Shown: positions 25,046 to 35,550 of the stretch, one piece after another
Position numbering within the stretch: the first letter of the stretch is position 1
Layout of the letters: every line of letters begins with the position of its first letter
Assembly (NCBI GenBank): GCA_964558005.1
Contig: CAZLCO010000007.1
Coordinates: 1 to 61,884 of the forward strand
Direction: 5' to 3'
From: an uncultured Gammaproteobacteria bacterium
GTDB taxonomy: Bacteria; Cyanobacteriota; Vampirovibrionia; Gastranaerophilales; UBA9971
DNA: 61,884 nt
Translations under genes and position numbers: made by a program
The notes under the pieces: generated by a model
Told to the model about the DNA's origin: nothing
Database searches by the model: none
Seen by the model: only the letters and a program-made list of their open reading frames with translations

Positions 25046-28010
25046 ATTTTTAATAAACTTTTTTCTTTTTTTATTCTGTATGCTGGCTTTTTCGGCTTTT
25101 GCCGCGGGGCCGGAAGTTATATATGAACAGGCTTATCTTATTAAATCAAAAGGAATAAAAACCGGTTTTGTTTATGAAGTCAGAAAGAAAATAAACCAAA
25201 AAATCATAACAGAACAGCACATTGAACAGCGATATAAACGTCAGGGCGATAATGTAGAAATTATTCAGGACCAGATGTTTATTGAAAATGAATCAGGTCG
25301 GCCGCTTGAATTTTCATTTATATCTAAAAATGCCGGAGAAGACGTTGTTATTAAAGGTGAATTTGACTGGCTTGAAGAGAAAATAATAATAAAGTCAGTC
25401 GTAAACGGTATAAAAAATACTAAAATTCTTGATATTAATGACAAAATAATATTTCCAAACGCTATAGACAATCTGTATAAAAATACAGAGGACAAAATTT
25501 TCCGGTATTATACACTGGAGCCGGGAATAAGCACTAAAATTCTGAAAATAAAAGCTAAACAGGTTGAAGATGGTGAAATAAAAAAATATGAACTTGATGT
25601 AAATATATTCCCAAATAACGAAATAACCGAATGGCGTGATGTGAACGGCAGAATTGTAAAAACCGTTTCTTCCATTATGGATATAGAACAGGTTGCTGTG
25701 GATAAAAAAGAAATTGTCGGGATTAAGAATACTTTTAATATTTTCCCCGAAAGCCTTATAAAAGTAGAAAAAATTATAAATAATCCTGACATCGTAGAAA
25801 AAGTAATTTATAAAATAACAGCAAAGACACTAATGTCGGAATCTATTTTCCCGGAAAGTTCGACTCAGAAAATTATACAGGTAAAGGATAATACCCTGTA
25901 CTTGAAAGTAGAGGCAGAAGACCATGAAGATTATAAGTATCCTTATCCTTTTGAGAGCGCGGGGTTTGAAGAGTATTTAAAATCTGGTCCTTTTATTAAT
26001 TACAATAATGAAAAAATTAAAAAGATTGTTGAAGAGTTAAAGACCGGTGAAGCAGATGCGGTTAAGCTGGCCCAAAAGGCTCAAAAATGGGTCTATACAA
26101 ATATAAACGACAAAACCCTTTCAGTTGACTTTGCTGACTCTGTCCAGACCCTTGAATCAAAGCAAGGCGACTGCACAGAGCATTCCATACTTCTTTCGGC
26201 ATTGCTGAGGGGAGCCGGTATTCCGGCAAAGCCTGTTGTGGGGCTGGTATATACACGTGAGCCGGAAAGGGCATTTGTTTATCATATGTGGGTGAAAGCC
26301 TATGTCGGTAAGTGGATAAACCTTGACCCGAGTATGCCGTATGATACATTTACGCCTTTACACCTTGCTATGGCGGAAAGCCCGCTTAACGATGTTTTTT
26401 CAAAAACAGAACTTTGTCTTGCTATTACGAACAGTTTTTCAAAAATTGACATAGAAATATTAAACGTGATTGAAACCGCCCTTGAAAAGGTAAGGAGTCT
26501 GCCTAGAGTGAAACTAAAGGAGCAGGAGTATTTTTCCAGCGAATATATTGTAAATATAAAATTAAATAGAACCGATGCAAATGAAAATAATATTCAGAAT
26601 GTTATATTAAGCAGGGAAAAAGAAGAGAGAGACCACCTTAAAACAGCTTTTTACTATTATACAAAGGGTGATACCAAGAAAGCGGAATATTTTTTAAGAC
26701 AATATTATGTAAATATTTCGCCTGAGGACGATTATGCAAAAATGAAGCTGGTAATGAAACTTATCAGCATGGCGTATTTGAATTTTGCGGCGGAAGTGCT
26801 CGATGAAATAAATGAAAAGGAAATCTGGGGGAAAATGACAGATGAATTGTATTTATTGTATTTTCCAAAAAATTTCATGCCGGAAAAAGTCGAAAGCGTT
26901 CAAGTAACTGCTAATTATCTTTTAAATTATACGGATAAGCCGGAATATATAATAGAATTAACCGAAAAATCAAAGGAGTATGATTCCCTTTATTATTTAA
27001 GGTCAAAAGCGCAGAAAAAAATGAATAATATTGATGGAGCGCTTGAGTCAATAAATAAAGCCCTGGAAATAAATCCTGACAATTTAAACTACAGGCTCGA
27101 TCAAATAAATCTTCTTTCAGTCAAAAATGAAATTGAACTGGCGCTGGAAGGCCTTCTGGCTTTGAAAAAAGACGCACAGGGACTGGATATAAAAAATAAA
27201 GATTTCTGGAAAACATATAATATTATTGAAAAATGGCTGCAGGTAAAGCAGTTCAGGGACAATCCCGTTGCGAGCATGTACTATAAAGCATATTACTATG
27301 CTGTTAAGGATGAATACCAGGAAGCCCTTGATATTTTAAACAAACTTGTTTACAAGAGGGAAGAAGCTTACTTGTTTGAGCTGCTAGGTGAATTATCCTT
27401 TGAACTGGGGAATTATGAAGGGGCAAGAAAAGCCTTTAAAAAGGCGCTTTCAAGCGATGAAAACAGAGTTAAAGCGCTTATAGGAGTAGGTAATATTTAT
27501 TTTATTACCGGTAAAAATGAACTGTCCGAAAAATATTATCAGGAAGCAGTGGATAAATTCCCCAAAAATATTGAAGCCCTCAAGGCAATGGCTAAATTAC
27601 ACGGCTATCTGGGCAATACAAAAGAAGCATATGATTATTTCAGGAAAATACTTGAGATTGATAGCAATAATACTGATGTAATCTATAATATCGGCATTAT
27701 ACTCGCGAATTCAGGCAAACTAACTGAAGCGGAAAAAATGCTCAAGAAGGCTCTTTCCTCTGACCCGATGGGTTCTTATATATGGATGGATTTGGTACAG
27801 ATTGAACTTGCGCGGAATAATTATTCAAATGCCGTAAAATATCTTCATAATATTTATCATATGGATGAAAATAATCCATATTACTACTATTATATGGCTG
27901 TAATTTTTAATAAAAATAATAAAAAGGCTGAAGCTGATAAATACCTGAAAAAGGCTATTGATATAAATCCTGATCTGGTCAAAGAAATTACTGAGGCAAA
28001 TAAACTTTAA
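25035..28010 (+). CDS. Exported transglutaminase-like protein with C-terminal TPRs
   Basis: Signal peptide MKNKFLINFFLFLFCMLAFSAFA from ATG 25035; GDCTEH, YHMW, LDP triad; TPR repeats. Confidence 0.85.
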   Translation: MKNKFLINFFLFLFCMLAFSAFAAGPEVIYEQAYLIKSKGIKTGFVYEVRKKINQKIITEQHIEQRYKRQGDNVEIIQDQMFIENESGRPLEFSFISKNAGEDVVIKGEFDWLEEKIIIKSVVNGIKNTKILDINDKIIFPNAIDNLYKNTEDKIFRYYTLEPGISTKILKIKAKQVEDGEIKKYELDVNIFPNNEITEWRDVNGRIVKTVSSIMDIEQVAVDKKEIVGIKNTFNIFPESLIKVEKIINNPDIVEKVIYKITAKTLMSESIFPESSTQKIIQVKDNTLYLKVEAEDHEDYKYPYPFESAGFEEYLKSGPFINYNNEKIKKIVEELKTGEADAVKLAQKAQKWVYTNINDKTLSVDFADSVQTLESKQGDCTEHSILLSALLRGAGIPAKPVVGLVYTREPERAFVYHMWVKAYVGKWINLDPSMPYDTFTPLHLAMAESPLNDVFSKTELCLAITNSFSKIDIEILNVIETALEKVRSLPRVKLKEQEYFSSEYIVNIKLNRTDANENNIQNVILSREKEERDHLKTAFYYYTKGDTKKAEYFLRQYYVNISPEDDYAKMKLVMKLISMAYLNFAAEVLDEINEKEIWGKMTDELYLLYFPKNFMPEKVESVQVTANYLLNYTDKPEYIIELTEKSKEYDSLYYLRSKAQKKMNNIDGALESINKALEINPDNLNYRLDQINLLSVKNEIELALEGLLALKKDAQGLDIKNKDFWKTYNIIEKWLQVKQFRDNPVASMYYKAYYYAVKDEYQEALDILNKLVYKREEAYLFELLGELSFELGNYEGARKAFKKALSSDENRVKALIGVGNIYFITGKNELSEKYYQEAVDKFPKNIEALKAMAKLHGYLGNTKEAYDYFRKILEIDSNNTDVIYNIGIILANSGKLTEAEKMLKKALSSDPMGSYIWMDLVQIELARNNYSNAVKYLHNIYHMDENNPYYYYYMAVIFNKNNKKAEADKYLKKAIDINPDLVKEITEANKL

Positions 28011-28025
28011 AGAAGGGGAGGAAAT

Positions 28026-28961
28026 ATGAAAATCGCAAAGGATATAACCGAATTAATCGGAAATACACCACTTGTATATCTTAATAAATTGACAGAGGGT
28101 TATGGTGCAAAAATAGCGGCAAAGCTGGAAAGCTTTAACCCGGCGAGTTCGATAAAAGACCGAATAGCCCTGAGCATGATAGAAAAAGCGGAAGAAGAAG
28201 GAAAGCTAATCCCGGGCAAGACTGTTATTATAGAACCCACCAGCGGTAATACAGGAATAGGGCTTGCTTTTGTTTCTGCGATAAAAGGCTACAGGCTTAT
28301 CCTTACGATGCCGGAAACAATGAGCATGGAGAGAAGAATGCTGTTAAAGGCATACGGCGCAGAACTTATTTTGACGCCCGGGCCGCTCGGCATGAAAGGT
28401 GCTATAGACAGGGCAAGGGAGCTGCTTGATGAAATAGAGAATTCTTATATGCCAATGCAGTTTTCCAACACTGCAAACCCTGAAATCCATAAAAAAACCA
28501 CAGCGGAAGAAATATGGAGAGACACTGACGGTGAAGCTGACATACTCGTTTTTGGAGTAGGAACAGGCGGTACGCTGACGGGAGTGGGCGAAGTGTTCAA
28601 GGACAGAAAGTCTGCCACAAAGATTATTGCCGTAGAACCTTCAAACAGTCCTGTTTTATCGGGTGGCAAGCCCTCTCCGCATAAAATTCAGGGTATTGGA
28701 GCGGGATTTGTACCGGAGATTTTAAAAACAAATCTTATTGATGAAATTATGCAGGTCAGCGATGAGCAGGCGCTCGAAACAGCCAGGCAGTTAGCCACAA
28801 AAGAGGGTATCTTATCGGGCATTTCATGCGGAGCAGCTGTTTATGTGGCTCTGGAACTTGCCAAAAGGGAGGTCAATAAGGATAAATTGATTGTTGTTAT
28901 ACTTCCGAGTTCCGGGGAGCGGTATTTAAGCACAGCGCTGTTCCAGCACCTGGCGGATTAA
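28026..28961 (+). CDS. cysK: Cysteine synthase A
   Basis: [38 protein letters not shown]. Confidence 0.97.
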   Translation: MKIAKDITELIGNTPLVYLNKLTEGYGAKIAAKLESFNPASSIKDRIALSMIEKAEEEGKLIPGKTVIIEPTSGNTGIGLAFVSAIKGYRLILTMPETMSMERRMLLKAYGAELILTPGPLGMKGAIDRARELLDEIENSYMPMQFSNTANPEIHKKTTAEEIWRDTDGEADILVFGVGTGGTLTGVGEVFKDRKSATKIIAVEPSNSPVLSGGKPSPHKIQGIGAGFVPEILKTNLIDEIMQVSDEQALETARQLATKEGILSGISCGAAVYVALELAKREVNKDKLIVVILPSSGERYLSTALFQHLAD

Positions 28962-28969
28962 GCAAATAT

Positions 28970-29002
28970 TTAAAGAGGGTTCGCTTAGCGAACCCTCTTT
29001 AA
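28970..29002. terminator. Bidirectional terminator hairpin
   Basis: TTAAAGAGGGTTCGC-TTA-GCGAACCCTCTTTAA between convergent genes. Confidence 0.8.
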
Positions 29003-29004
29003 TA

Positions 29005-29238
29005 TTATTCATTTTTATCGTTTAAGTCTAAATTTATTTTGTCTTCCTTAACCAGTTCCAGGTGTCTTTTGTGTTCTTCATAAAAACCGCAGTTTGTTAC
29101 ATACATGACACCCTCCAGGTTTACCAGTCCAAAGCCCAATGCCTGCAATAAAGGACACTCGACTCCCTTTTTAAAATTTTTGCAGCTCATGCACTGGTCT
29201 TCTTTTTCCACGAAAACTTTTCCATCTTCGCAATACAT
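29005..29238 (-). CDS. Small Cys-containing hypothetical protein
   Basis: CMSC..CPL..CGFY; last gene of the - strand operon. Confidence 0.65.
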   Translation of the reverse strand: MYCEDGKVFVEKEDQCMSCKNFKKGVECPLLQALGFGLVNLEGVMYVTNCGFYEEHKRHLELVKEDKINLDLNDKNE

Positions 29239-29250
29239 ATTTTGTTTTTA

Positions 29251-29544
29251 TTATTCCTCTTCGCTTTCGGATTCCAGATAAGAAACTACTTTATTGAATT
29301 CCTCATCATCTTCTATTGTTTCAAAAGTATAACTCTCATCATTTTTTGACAGCTTCATAATAATGACTTCCTCTTCTTCTTCAGAGTCATCAGCTTTTTC
29401 GCCGTCTTCTCCAAGGTAAGCCAAAAGGCCGTATTCCTGACCGTCCAGTTCCATTACGTCAATAAGCTCGAAGCTGTATATATCTCCGTTTTCGTCCTGG
29501 GTTTTAATTATTCTGGACTGTTCTGCACCATTATTGCCTGACAT
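29251..29544 (-). CDS. DUF1292-like acidic protein
   Basis: DENG..FELID...DGQEY, IEDDEEF; follows ruvX as in Firmicutes. Confidence 0.8.
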   Translation of the reverse strand: MSGNNGAEQSRIIKTQDENGDIYSFELIDVMELDGQEYGLLAYLGEDGEKADDSEEEEEVIIMKLSKNDESYTFETIEDDEEFNKVVSYLESESEEE

Positions 29545-29547
29545 AAT

Positions 29548-29964
29548 TTATCTCCTTTTATCTAAATATTGCTGTAAGATTAACACAGCAGAAGCAATAT
29601 CAACAAGCCCCTTATTTCTGGAAGGTTTCTTTTTTTGCTCTATGAGTGCTTTTTCAGCAATCCTGCTGGTCAATCTTTCGTCTTCCAGCTCAACATTTAT
29701 TAATATATTTTTTTTAAGTAACTCTAAATAGCATAACACATCTTCTGCCTGAAAGCCTATAGTCCCATCCATATTTTTTGGCAGACCAGCTACAATCAAT
29801 ATAATATTGCGGGTTTCGCAGATTTCTTTAATTTCTTTTATTGAAGCGTTTTCGGGTTTTCTGCTAATAACCCCGAGTGGCTGCGCTGTAATCCCCAGAG
29901 GGTCACTGATTGAAACTCCTATCCGTTTTGTACCTATATCAAGTCCGAGAATTCTCTCTATCAT
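29548..29964 (-). CDS. ruvX: YqgF/RuvX pre-16S rRNA nuclease
   Basis: ILGLDIGTKRIGVSISD, GLPKNMDG, DERLTS, D..SA.LILQ.YLD. Confidence 0.95.
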   Translation of the reverse strand: MIERILGLDIGTKRIGVSISDPLGITAQPLGVISRKPENASIKEIKEICETRNIILIVAGLPKNMDGTIGFQAEDVLCYLELLKKNILINVELEDERLTSRIAEKALIEQKKKPSRNKGLVDIASAVLILQQYLDKRR

Positions 29965-31666
29965 CTGCGCACAATATTTCTATTAATTCCTGTATACTTT
30001 CGTTTTGCTTTTCATCTTCGCCAGCAGACTTGTTTTTTTCTGCTTTTCTTATATTCCAGGGGTTTAATTTCTGTTGTTCCTGGCTGTATAAATTATATTC
30101 ATAAGTTATCAGGCCTTCAATAATAGTCCTTCTTATTATTCCCCTGATAAATTTGTTATTTACCAGATCAAAATTTTTATCTGAAGCTATTGAAACAGCC
30201 AGCGAGGCCGCAATATTCCTGAAATGTTCAAGCTCGGTTATGTTAAAGAGTATAGCTATGTTGCGAAGCCTGTTTTTATAAACTTCCCTTACTGTTGAAT
30301 CAAAAATAACAGGCAATAATTTATTAATTACCAGTTCAATTTCATTTTTTAATTTATCGGTATTTTTAATATATAAATTTTTATTTTCAGCAAGTTTTAA
30401 AATAATGTTTTCTATATATTCCTTTAGAGGTTCATGGTCATCATTTTCAAAAAACCACTTATCAAAGTCGGGGAATTTATGCAAATTATCGCTCTGGGCT
30501 ATTACTTCCTTGTCCGCCCATTTGTTCAGGAGTTCTTCGCTTCCGTAATCGCAGTATTTTATGTCTTTAAGTGCTGATTTCCATGCAATATACTCATAAG
30601 GTATGGCGGCATTGTTTTTCTTGTTTATTTTTTCTGCCTGCTCAATTATGTATCTGCAGTATTCAGGAAAAACCAGGAATCTGGTTGATTTATCCTGAAA
30701 TCTCTCTATAATTCTTTTGAAATCTTCCCTGCTTATGCCATAGAACCCGAAGCAGTCCAATATGCCGTAAACATCGTTTATTATCAGGTTCATCATTAAA
30801 ATATCACCGTTTGGCTTTATTCTGCTGACGATAATAGCCTGGTTGCCCATGCCGTCAGGGATACAGGTATGGCATTCATAAACTTCTGAAACATTTGTTA
30901 TTTGTTCATTATTCTTATAAGTTTCAATATTTTCAATACCTATTCCTGCCAGTTTGAGTTTATTAAGGCTAATTTTAGCTTTTTTGCATAGTTTTTCGTC
31001 ATTGGAATATTCAATAAAGTCTTTTAATACAGGGACCGCTTTGGGTGAGCGGGCTTCTCCCAGCACATCTATTAAAAATTCGTCCATATGTGAAGCCAGC
31101 CTGGATTCCAGCGCCGGGGCAATCACGTTAACAATATATTCACAGGAATAGTCTTCCCTGAGTGATTGTACGAGGTTTAGTTGTTCAGTATCCGGCAGCG
31201 AAAACAAAAAGTCGAGAAAGTCTATTTGCGCCTCCGGGTTTATTGAGGCCACTTCCAGTAATTTTTTGGTTTCCTTATCCACAATAGACTTCGGGTCGTC
31301 AAGGTAGTTTAAAAATTCTTCCGGGTCTGTGTTGTCGCCGAGGTTTTTCAGTGTAATACCGGCTATATCCTTAACCTCATCAGGCGTATTGGGCGACTTA
31401 ATATAAGACCAGAGAATATCCTGTACCTGGTTGAGGGTCCCGAACTCCTGTAAAAACAGGGAAATAATCTGCCCTTTTTGATAGTTTGAGTGTCCTAGTT
31501 CTTTTGCCAGTATTTCAACAACATACTGTCTGTTTTGGATTGAGCCCAGTTTTGATAAATGCTTAATCTGTTCTTCCCGTGACATTTCATCAATTGAACC
31601 GATTTTTTCCAGCATTAAAGTAATTTCAGCTCTTATTTGCAGTTTGGAAAGTTCTCTAGGTCTCAA
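29939..31666 (-). CDS. HEAT-repeat-like hypothetical protein
   Basis: Long helical ORF with LGEARSPKAVPVL; in operon with ruvX. Confidence 0.7.
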   Translation of the reverse strand: MRPRELSKLQIRAEITLMLEKIGSIDEMSREEQIKHLSKLGSIQNRQYVVEILAKELGHSNYQKGQIISLFLQEFGTLNQVQDILWSYIKSPNTPDEVKDIAGITLKNLGDNTDPEEFLNYLDDPKSIVDKETKKLLEVASINPEAQIDFLDFLFSLPDTEQLNLVQSLREDYSCEYIVNVIAPALESRLASHMDEFLIDVLGEARSPKAVPVLKDFIEYSNDEKLCKKAKISLNKLKLAGIGIENIETYKNNEQITNVSEVYECHTCIPDGMGNQAIIVSRIKPNGDILMMNLIINDVYGILDCFGFYGISREDFKRIIERFQDKSTRFLVFPEYCRYIIEQAEKINKKNNAAIPYEYIAWKSALKDIKYCDYGSEELLNKWADKEVIAQSDNLHKFPDFDKWFFENDDHEPLKEYIENIILKLAENKNLYIKNTDKLKNEIELVINKLLPVIFDSTVREVYKNRLRNIAILFNITELEHFRNIAASLAVSIASDKNFDLVNNKFIRGIIRRTIIEGLITYEYNLYSQEQQKLNPWNIRKAEKNKSAGEDEKQNESIQELIEILCADDRENSRT

Positions 31667-31676
31667 AATTTATCCT

Positions 31677-31967
31677 CTATTTTTTAGCCCCTTGCCAGAA
31701 AGTATCAAGAACTTTTTGCACTTCTGACGAGGCGATTTTTTCTTCCAGAATAAAATACTGTACGCATATCATAACGCATTCCGAGCAAATATTTACCCCG
31801 GGTCCTTTAATCATTTTAATGACAAGGTGGTTTGGCCTGCCGCAAAATGAGCAATAAACCGGTTCAACCTGTTCTTTTTGGTCTTCCTTCTTTTTGGGTT
31901 CTTTTTCAGCGGTTTTTTCTTTTTTTCTGCCGCTTGAAAGGGAAACTACTTTTTCCTCGTCACTCAT
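31677..31967 (-). CDS. Stand-alone ClpX C4-type zinc-finger protein
   Basis: YCSFCG....MIKGPGVNICSECV with no AAA+ domain. Confidence 0.85.
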   Translation of the reverse strand: MSDEEKVVSLSSGRKKEKTAEKEPKKKEDQKEQVEPVYCSFCGRPNHLVIKMIKGPGVNICSECVMICVQYFILEEKIASSEVQKVLDTFWQGAKK

Positions 31968-32022
31968 ATTTTACCCTTTGAATTAAATATTACGTTGCGT
32001 ATATTTTACATCAGTATTGGAT

Positions 32023-32054
32023 ATCATACAAAATTTTTTTAGAGTATAATTTAA
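32023..32054 (+). repeat. 32-bp direct repeat containing TATAAT (left copy)
   Basis: ATCATACAAAATTTTTTTAGAGTATAATTTAA. Confidence 0.9.
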
Positions 32055-32057
32055 CTT

Positions 32058-32612
32058 ATGGCAAATGATATTATACCTGTTGAATTAATAGAAAATAAAA
32101 TTTATAATCTGCGTGGTCAAAGGGTTATGCTGGATAGTGATTTAGCAAAACTTTATGATGTCAGTACTAAAATTTTAAATAAAGCAGTAAAACGCAATAT
32201 AGAGAGATTTCCTGAAGATTTTATGTTTCAGGTTACAGATAATGAATGGGAAGTTTTGAGGTTCCAATTTGGAACCTCAAAAGTAAGTCATGGAGGCAGG
32301 CGTTATAACCCTTATGTTTTTACTGAATACGGTGTATTAATGCTTTCCAATGTGCTTGTTAGCCAAAAAGCAATGAGTGTAAGCATTCAAATTATAAGAG
32401 TATTTACAAAACTTAGGCAAATGGCTTTTAATATAAATGAAATTCCTCAAAGACTTTCTGAACTTGAAAAATTGTTGCTCTTACATATTGAAAAAAGTGA
32501 TGGTAAATTTGAAAACCATCAGGAACAAATTAATCAAATAATATATGTATTGAATAATCTTTTAGAAAAACCCAGAGAACCTGAGAAAGTTGGATTCCGT
32601 ACTAATGAATAA
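32058..32612 (+). CDS. ORF6N (KilA-N-like) DNA-binding domain protein
   Basis: LRGQRVMLDSDLA.LY, AVKRNIERFPEDFMFQ, PYVFTE.GV.MLS, C-terminal VGF. Confidence 0.9.
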   Translation: MANDIIPVELIENKIYNLRGQRVMLDSDLAKLYDVSTKILNKAVKRNIERFPEDFMFQVTDNEWEVLRFQFGTSKVSHGGRRYNPYVFTEYGVLMLSNVLVSQKAMSVSIQIIRVFTKLRQMAFNINEIPQRLSELEKLLLLHIEKSDGKFENHQEQINQIIYVLNNLLEKPREPEKVGFRTNE

Positions 32613-32643
32613 TCATATAAAATTTTTTTAGAGTATAATTTAA
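32612..32643 (+). repeat. 32-bp direct repeat containing TATAAT (right copy, recA promoter)
   Basis: ATCATATAAAATTTTTTTAGAGTATAATTTAA; 31/32 identical to the left copy. Confidence 0.9.
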
Positions 32644-32684
32644 TTACTTAAATATTAACAAATTTCGAATATACGAGGTGAAAA

Positions 32685-33773
32685 ATGACGGTTAAAGAAA
32701 AAGAAACTAAAACAAACGAACAACTTAATCAGGTTGATCCTGAAAAGAAAAGGTCACTTGAATCAACCATTAACAAAATAGAAAAAGACTTTGGAAAAGG
32801 TTCTATTATGCGTCTCGGCGATAAAACAGGCGTTGGCGTAGAAGCTATTCCAACAGGAATACTTTCTCTTGACGTTGCTTTAGGTATTGGCGGCGTGCCA
32901 AGAGGAAGAATAGTAGAAATATTTGGGCCTGAAAGCAGCGGTAAAACTACTCTTGCGCAACATATTATAGCAGAAGCGCAGGCGCGGGGCGGAATTGCGG
33001 CATTCATTGATGCAGAGCATGCCCTTGACCCTGAATATGCAAAAGAACTTGGTGTAAAAATAGACCAGTTGCTGGTTAGCCAGCCTGATACAGGCGAGCA
33101 GGCCCTTGATATAACCGAAGAATTGGTGCGTTCGGGCGCTATTGATGTTATTGTAATAGATTCAGTAGCAGCGCTCGTGCCAAAAGCCGAAATCGACGGT
33201 GAAATGGGCGATGCGCATATGGGCTTGCAGGCAAGGCTTATGAGCCAGGCACTTAGAAAATTAACCGGTATAGTAGGAAAAACAAGGACAACAGTTATAT
33301 TCATAAACCAGCTCCGCCAGAAAATAGGCGTTTTCTACGGAAACCCTGAAACAACCACCGGCGGGAATGCCCTTAAATATTACGCAAGTTTGAGGCTTGA
33401 TATAAGAAGAATAGAAACCCTTAAAAAAGACGGAAATGAATACGGCAACAGGGTTAAGGTAAAAGTACTCAAGAATAAAGTTGCGCCTCCTTTTAAAATA
33501 GCTGAATTTGACCTTATATATGGGCAGGGCGCATCTAAGCTGGGTTGTATTCTTGATGTTGCTGTGGATATGAATATCGTAAACAAGTCAGGAAGCTGGT
33601 ACAGCTTTAATGATGAAAAGCTGGGACAGGGCAGGGAAAAATCTGTTGATTATTTACAGGAAAATCCTAAAATCCTTGAAGAAGTGGAAAAGCTTGTAAG
33701 ACAAAAACTTAATAAGCAAAAAGAAGCCACGCTTGTAATTGCTGAAAAAGAAAATAATGAAATTAAAGTATAA
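32685..33773 (+). CDS. recA: Recombinase RecA
   Basis: [34 protein letters not shown]. Confidence 0.99.
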   Translation: MTVKEKETKTNEQLNQVDPEKKRSLESTINKIEKDFGKGSIMRLGDKTGVGVEAIPTGILSLDVALGIGGVPRGRIVEIFGPESSGKTTLAQHIIAEAQARGGIAAFIDAEHALDPEYAKELGVKIDQLLVSQPDTGEQALDITEELVRSGAIDVIVIDSVAALVPKAEIDGEMGDAHMGLQARLMSQALRKLTGIVGKTRTTVIFINQLRQKIGVFYGNPETTTGGNALKYYASLRLDIRRIETLKKDGNEYGNRVKVKVLKNKVAPPFKIAEFDLIYGQGASKLGCILDVAVDMNIVNKSGSWYSFNDEKLGQGREKSVDYLQENPKILEEVEKLVRQKLNKQKEATLVIAEKENNEIKV

Positions 33774-33868
33774 TATATTTTAAATAAAAATGTTATGCTA
33801 ATATTGTTATTCAATAACAGTTTTTAATTGTTTTTTAGATATATATATAAAAAAAGAGGTACAGGACA

Positions 33869-35428
33869 ATAGAAGGTAACAGCTTATTTGTAATACTCAC
33901 TTCGAGTTTTGCGGTTATATTAACCATTCTTGTTGCATACATACTTTTTATCCGTATGCAGCTTAAAACCAAATCTGAAATTATAGAAAAAAACAACGAA
34001 GAAAATGAAAAGAAAATCAGGGAAATTGAAGAACAGATAAAGATTCAGAAAAAAGAAGCCCTGATATCGGCAAAAGAAACTTTACATGATGAAAAAGAGG
34101 AATTCGAAAGAGAAGTCAAGCAAAGGCGTCAGGAAATAAGCCGGCTTGAAGGCAAGCTCCTTGAAAAAGAAGAAAAAATGGAAGCCAAGATGCAGTCTGT
34201 GGTTGACAGGGAAGGTGATCTCTCCAAAAAACTCGATGAACTTTATGAAAAAGAAGATTACCTTGCCGATTTAGTTCAAAAGCAGACCCAGGAGCTGGAA
34301 AGAATTTCCGGAATGTCATCTGAAGAAGCTAAAAGACTTCTTTTGGAGCAAATGGAAAAAGAATTAAAGCTGGAAGCAGCCCAGTTAATCCGGGAAAACG
34401 AGCAGTACATAAAAGAAACTTCCGGCGTGAAAGCAAGGGAAATCCTTTCTGCGACAATGCAGAGATGTGCCATTGATCAGGTTGTTGAGTCAACTGTTTC
34501 TGTGGTCAATTTGCCTAACGACGAAATGAAAGGAAGGATTATAGGCCGGGAGGGCAGGAACATCCGAGCATTGGAGACACTTACGGGTGTTGACCTTATT
34601 ATCGACGATACACCAGAGGCGGTAGTATTGTCGTCATTTGACCCGGTAAGGCGTGAAATAGCCAGGGTAGCGCTTGAAAAACTTATAAGCGATGGGCGTA
34701 TCCACCCGGTAAGGATCGAGGATATGGTTCAAAAAGCGCAGGAAGAAATTGAAGAAATGATGTACAAGGAAGGCGAATCCGCTTCGCTCAGCCTTGGAAT
34801 AATAAACCTTCACCCGGAAGTCATAAAAACCCTCGGAAGGTTATATTACAGGACCAGCTACGGTCAGAATGTACTCAAACACTCAATGGAAGTATGCCAG
34901 CTCGCGGGTTCTATCGCTTCTGAAATCGGGGCTGATGTGGAAAAAGCAAAACGTGCCGGGTTACTGCACGATATAGGAAAAGCACTTGACCAGAGCCAGG
35001 AAGGCACACATATCCAGCTGGGTGTTGAATTTGCAAGAAAATACGGTGAAAGCGAAGATATAATACATGCTATAGAAGCCCACCACGATGATGTTCCGGC
35101 GAGGACAGTTGAGGCTGAGCTTATAAAAATCGCTGATTCGCTCAGTGCAGGCAGGCCTGGAGCAAGAAGGGACACACTCGAAATCTACATCAAGAGAATT
35201 AAGAAACTTGAGGAAATCGCAACCAGCTACGAAGGTATTAAACGTTCATTTGCTGTGCAGGCCGGCAGAGAAGTAAGGGTAATGGTTATGCCGCAGGCAT
35301 TTGATGATATCGGGGCAGAAAAACTGGCCCGTGATATCGCCAAAAGAATTGAAGCGGAAGTAGATTACCCGGGACAAATCAGAGTTACTGTTGTACGAGA
35401 GCTCAGGACAACAGAAATAGCGAAGTAA
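33869..35428 (+). CDS. rny: Ribonuclease Y; probable ATA start at 33869 adds the TM anchor (first ATG is 33956)
   Basis: KH motif [15 protein letters not shown] motif LLHDIGK, RPGAR; in-frame hydrophobic 29-aa extension behind GAGGT. Confidence 0.93.
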   Translation: MEGNSLFVILTSSFAVILTILVAYILFIRMQLKTKSEIIEKNNEENEKKIREIEEQIKIQKKEALISAKETLHDEKEEFEREVKQRRQEISRLEGKLLEKEEKMEAKMQSVVDREGDLSKKLDELYEKEDYLADLVQKQTQELERISGMSSEEAKRLLLEQMEKELKLEAAQLIRENEQYIKETSGVKAREILSATMQRCAIDQVVESTVSVVNLPNDEMKGRIIGREGRNIRALETLTGVDLIIDDTPEAVVLSSFDPVRREIARVALEKLISDGRIHPVRIEDMVQKAQEEIEEMMYKEGESASLSLGIINLHPEVIKTLGRLYYRTSYGQNVLKHSMEVCQLAGSIASEIGADVEKAKRAGLLHDIGKALDQSQEGTHIQLGVEFARKYGESEDIIHAIEAHHDDVPARTVEAELIKIADSLSAGRPGARRDTLEIYIKRIKKLEEIATSYEGIKRSFAVQAGREVRVMVMPQAFDDIGAEKLARDIAKRIEAEVDYPGQIRVTVVRELRTTEIAK

Positions 35429-35550
35429 ATCAATATATTAGCAAGATTGGTACATAATAAGTTATTAAAATTTATTATGTACTAGCAATTTTTGGCAACT
35501 TATTGTTTTTATATATATAAGATATAATGTATATATTTGGAGAAAATTAA

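Noticed and set aside
31970-32684. LexA box upstream of recA
   Set aside because: No convincing GAAC-N4-GTTC, cyanobacterial RGTAC-N3-DGTWC or CTGT-N8-ACAG site was found by eye.
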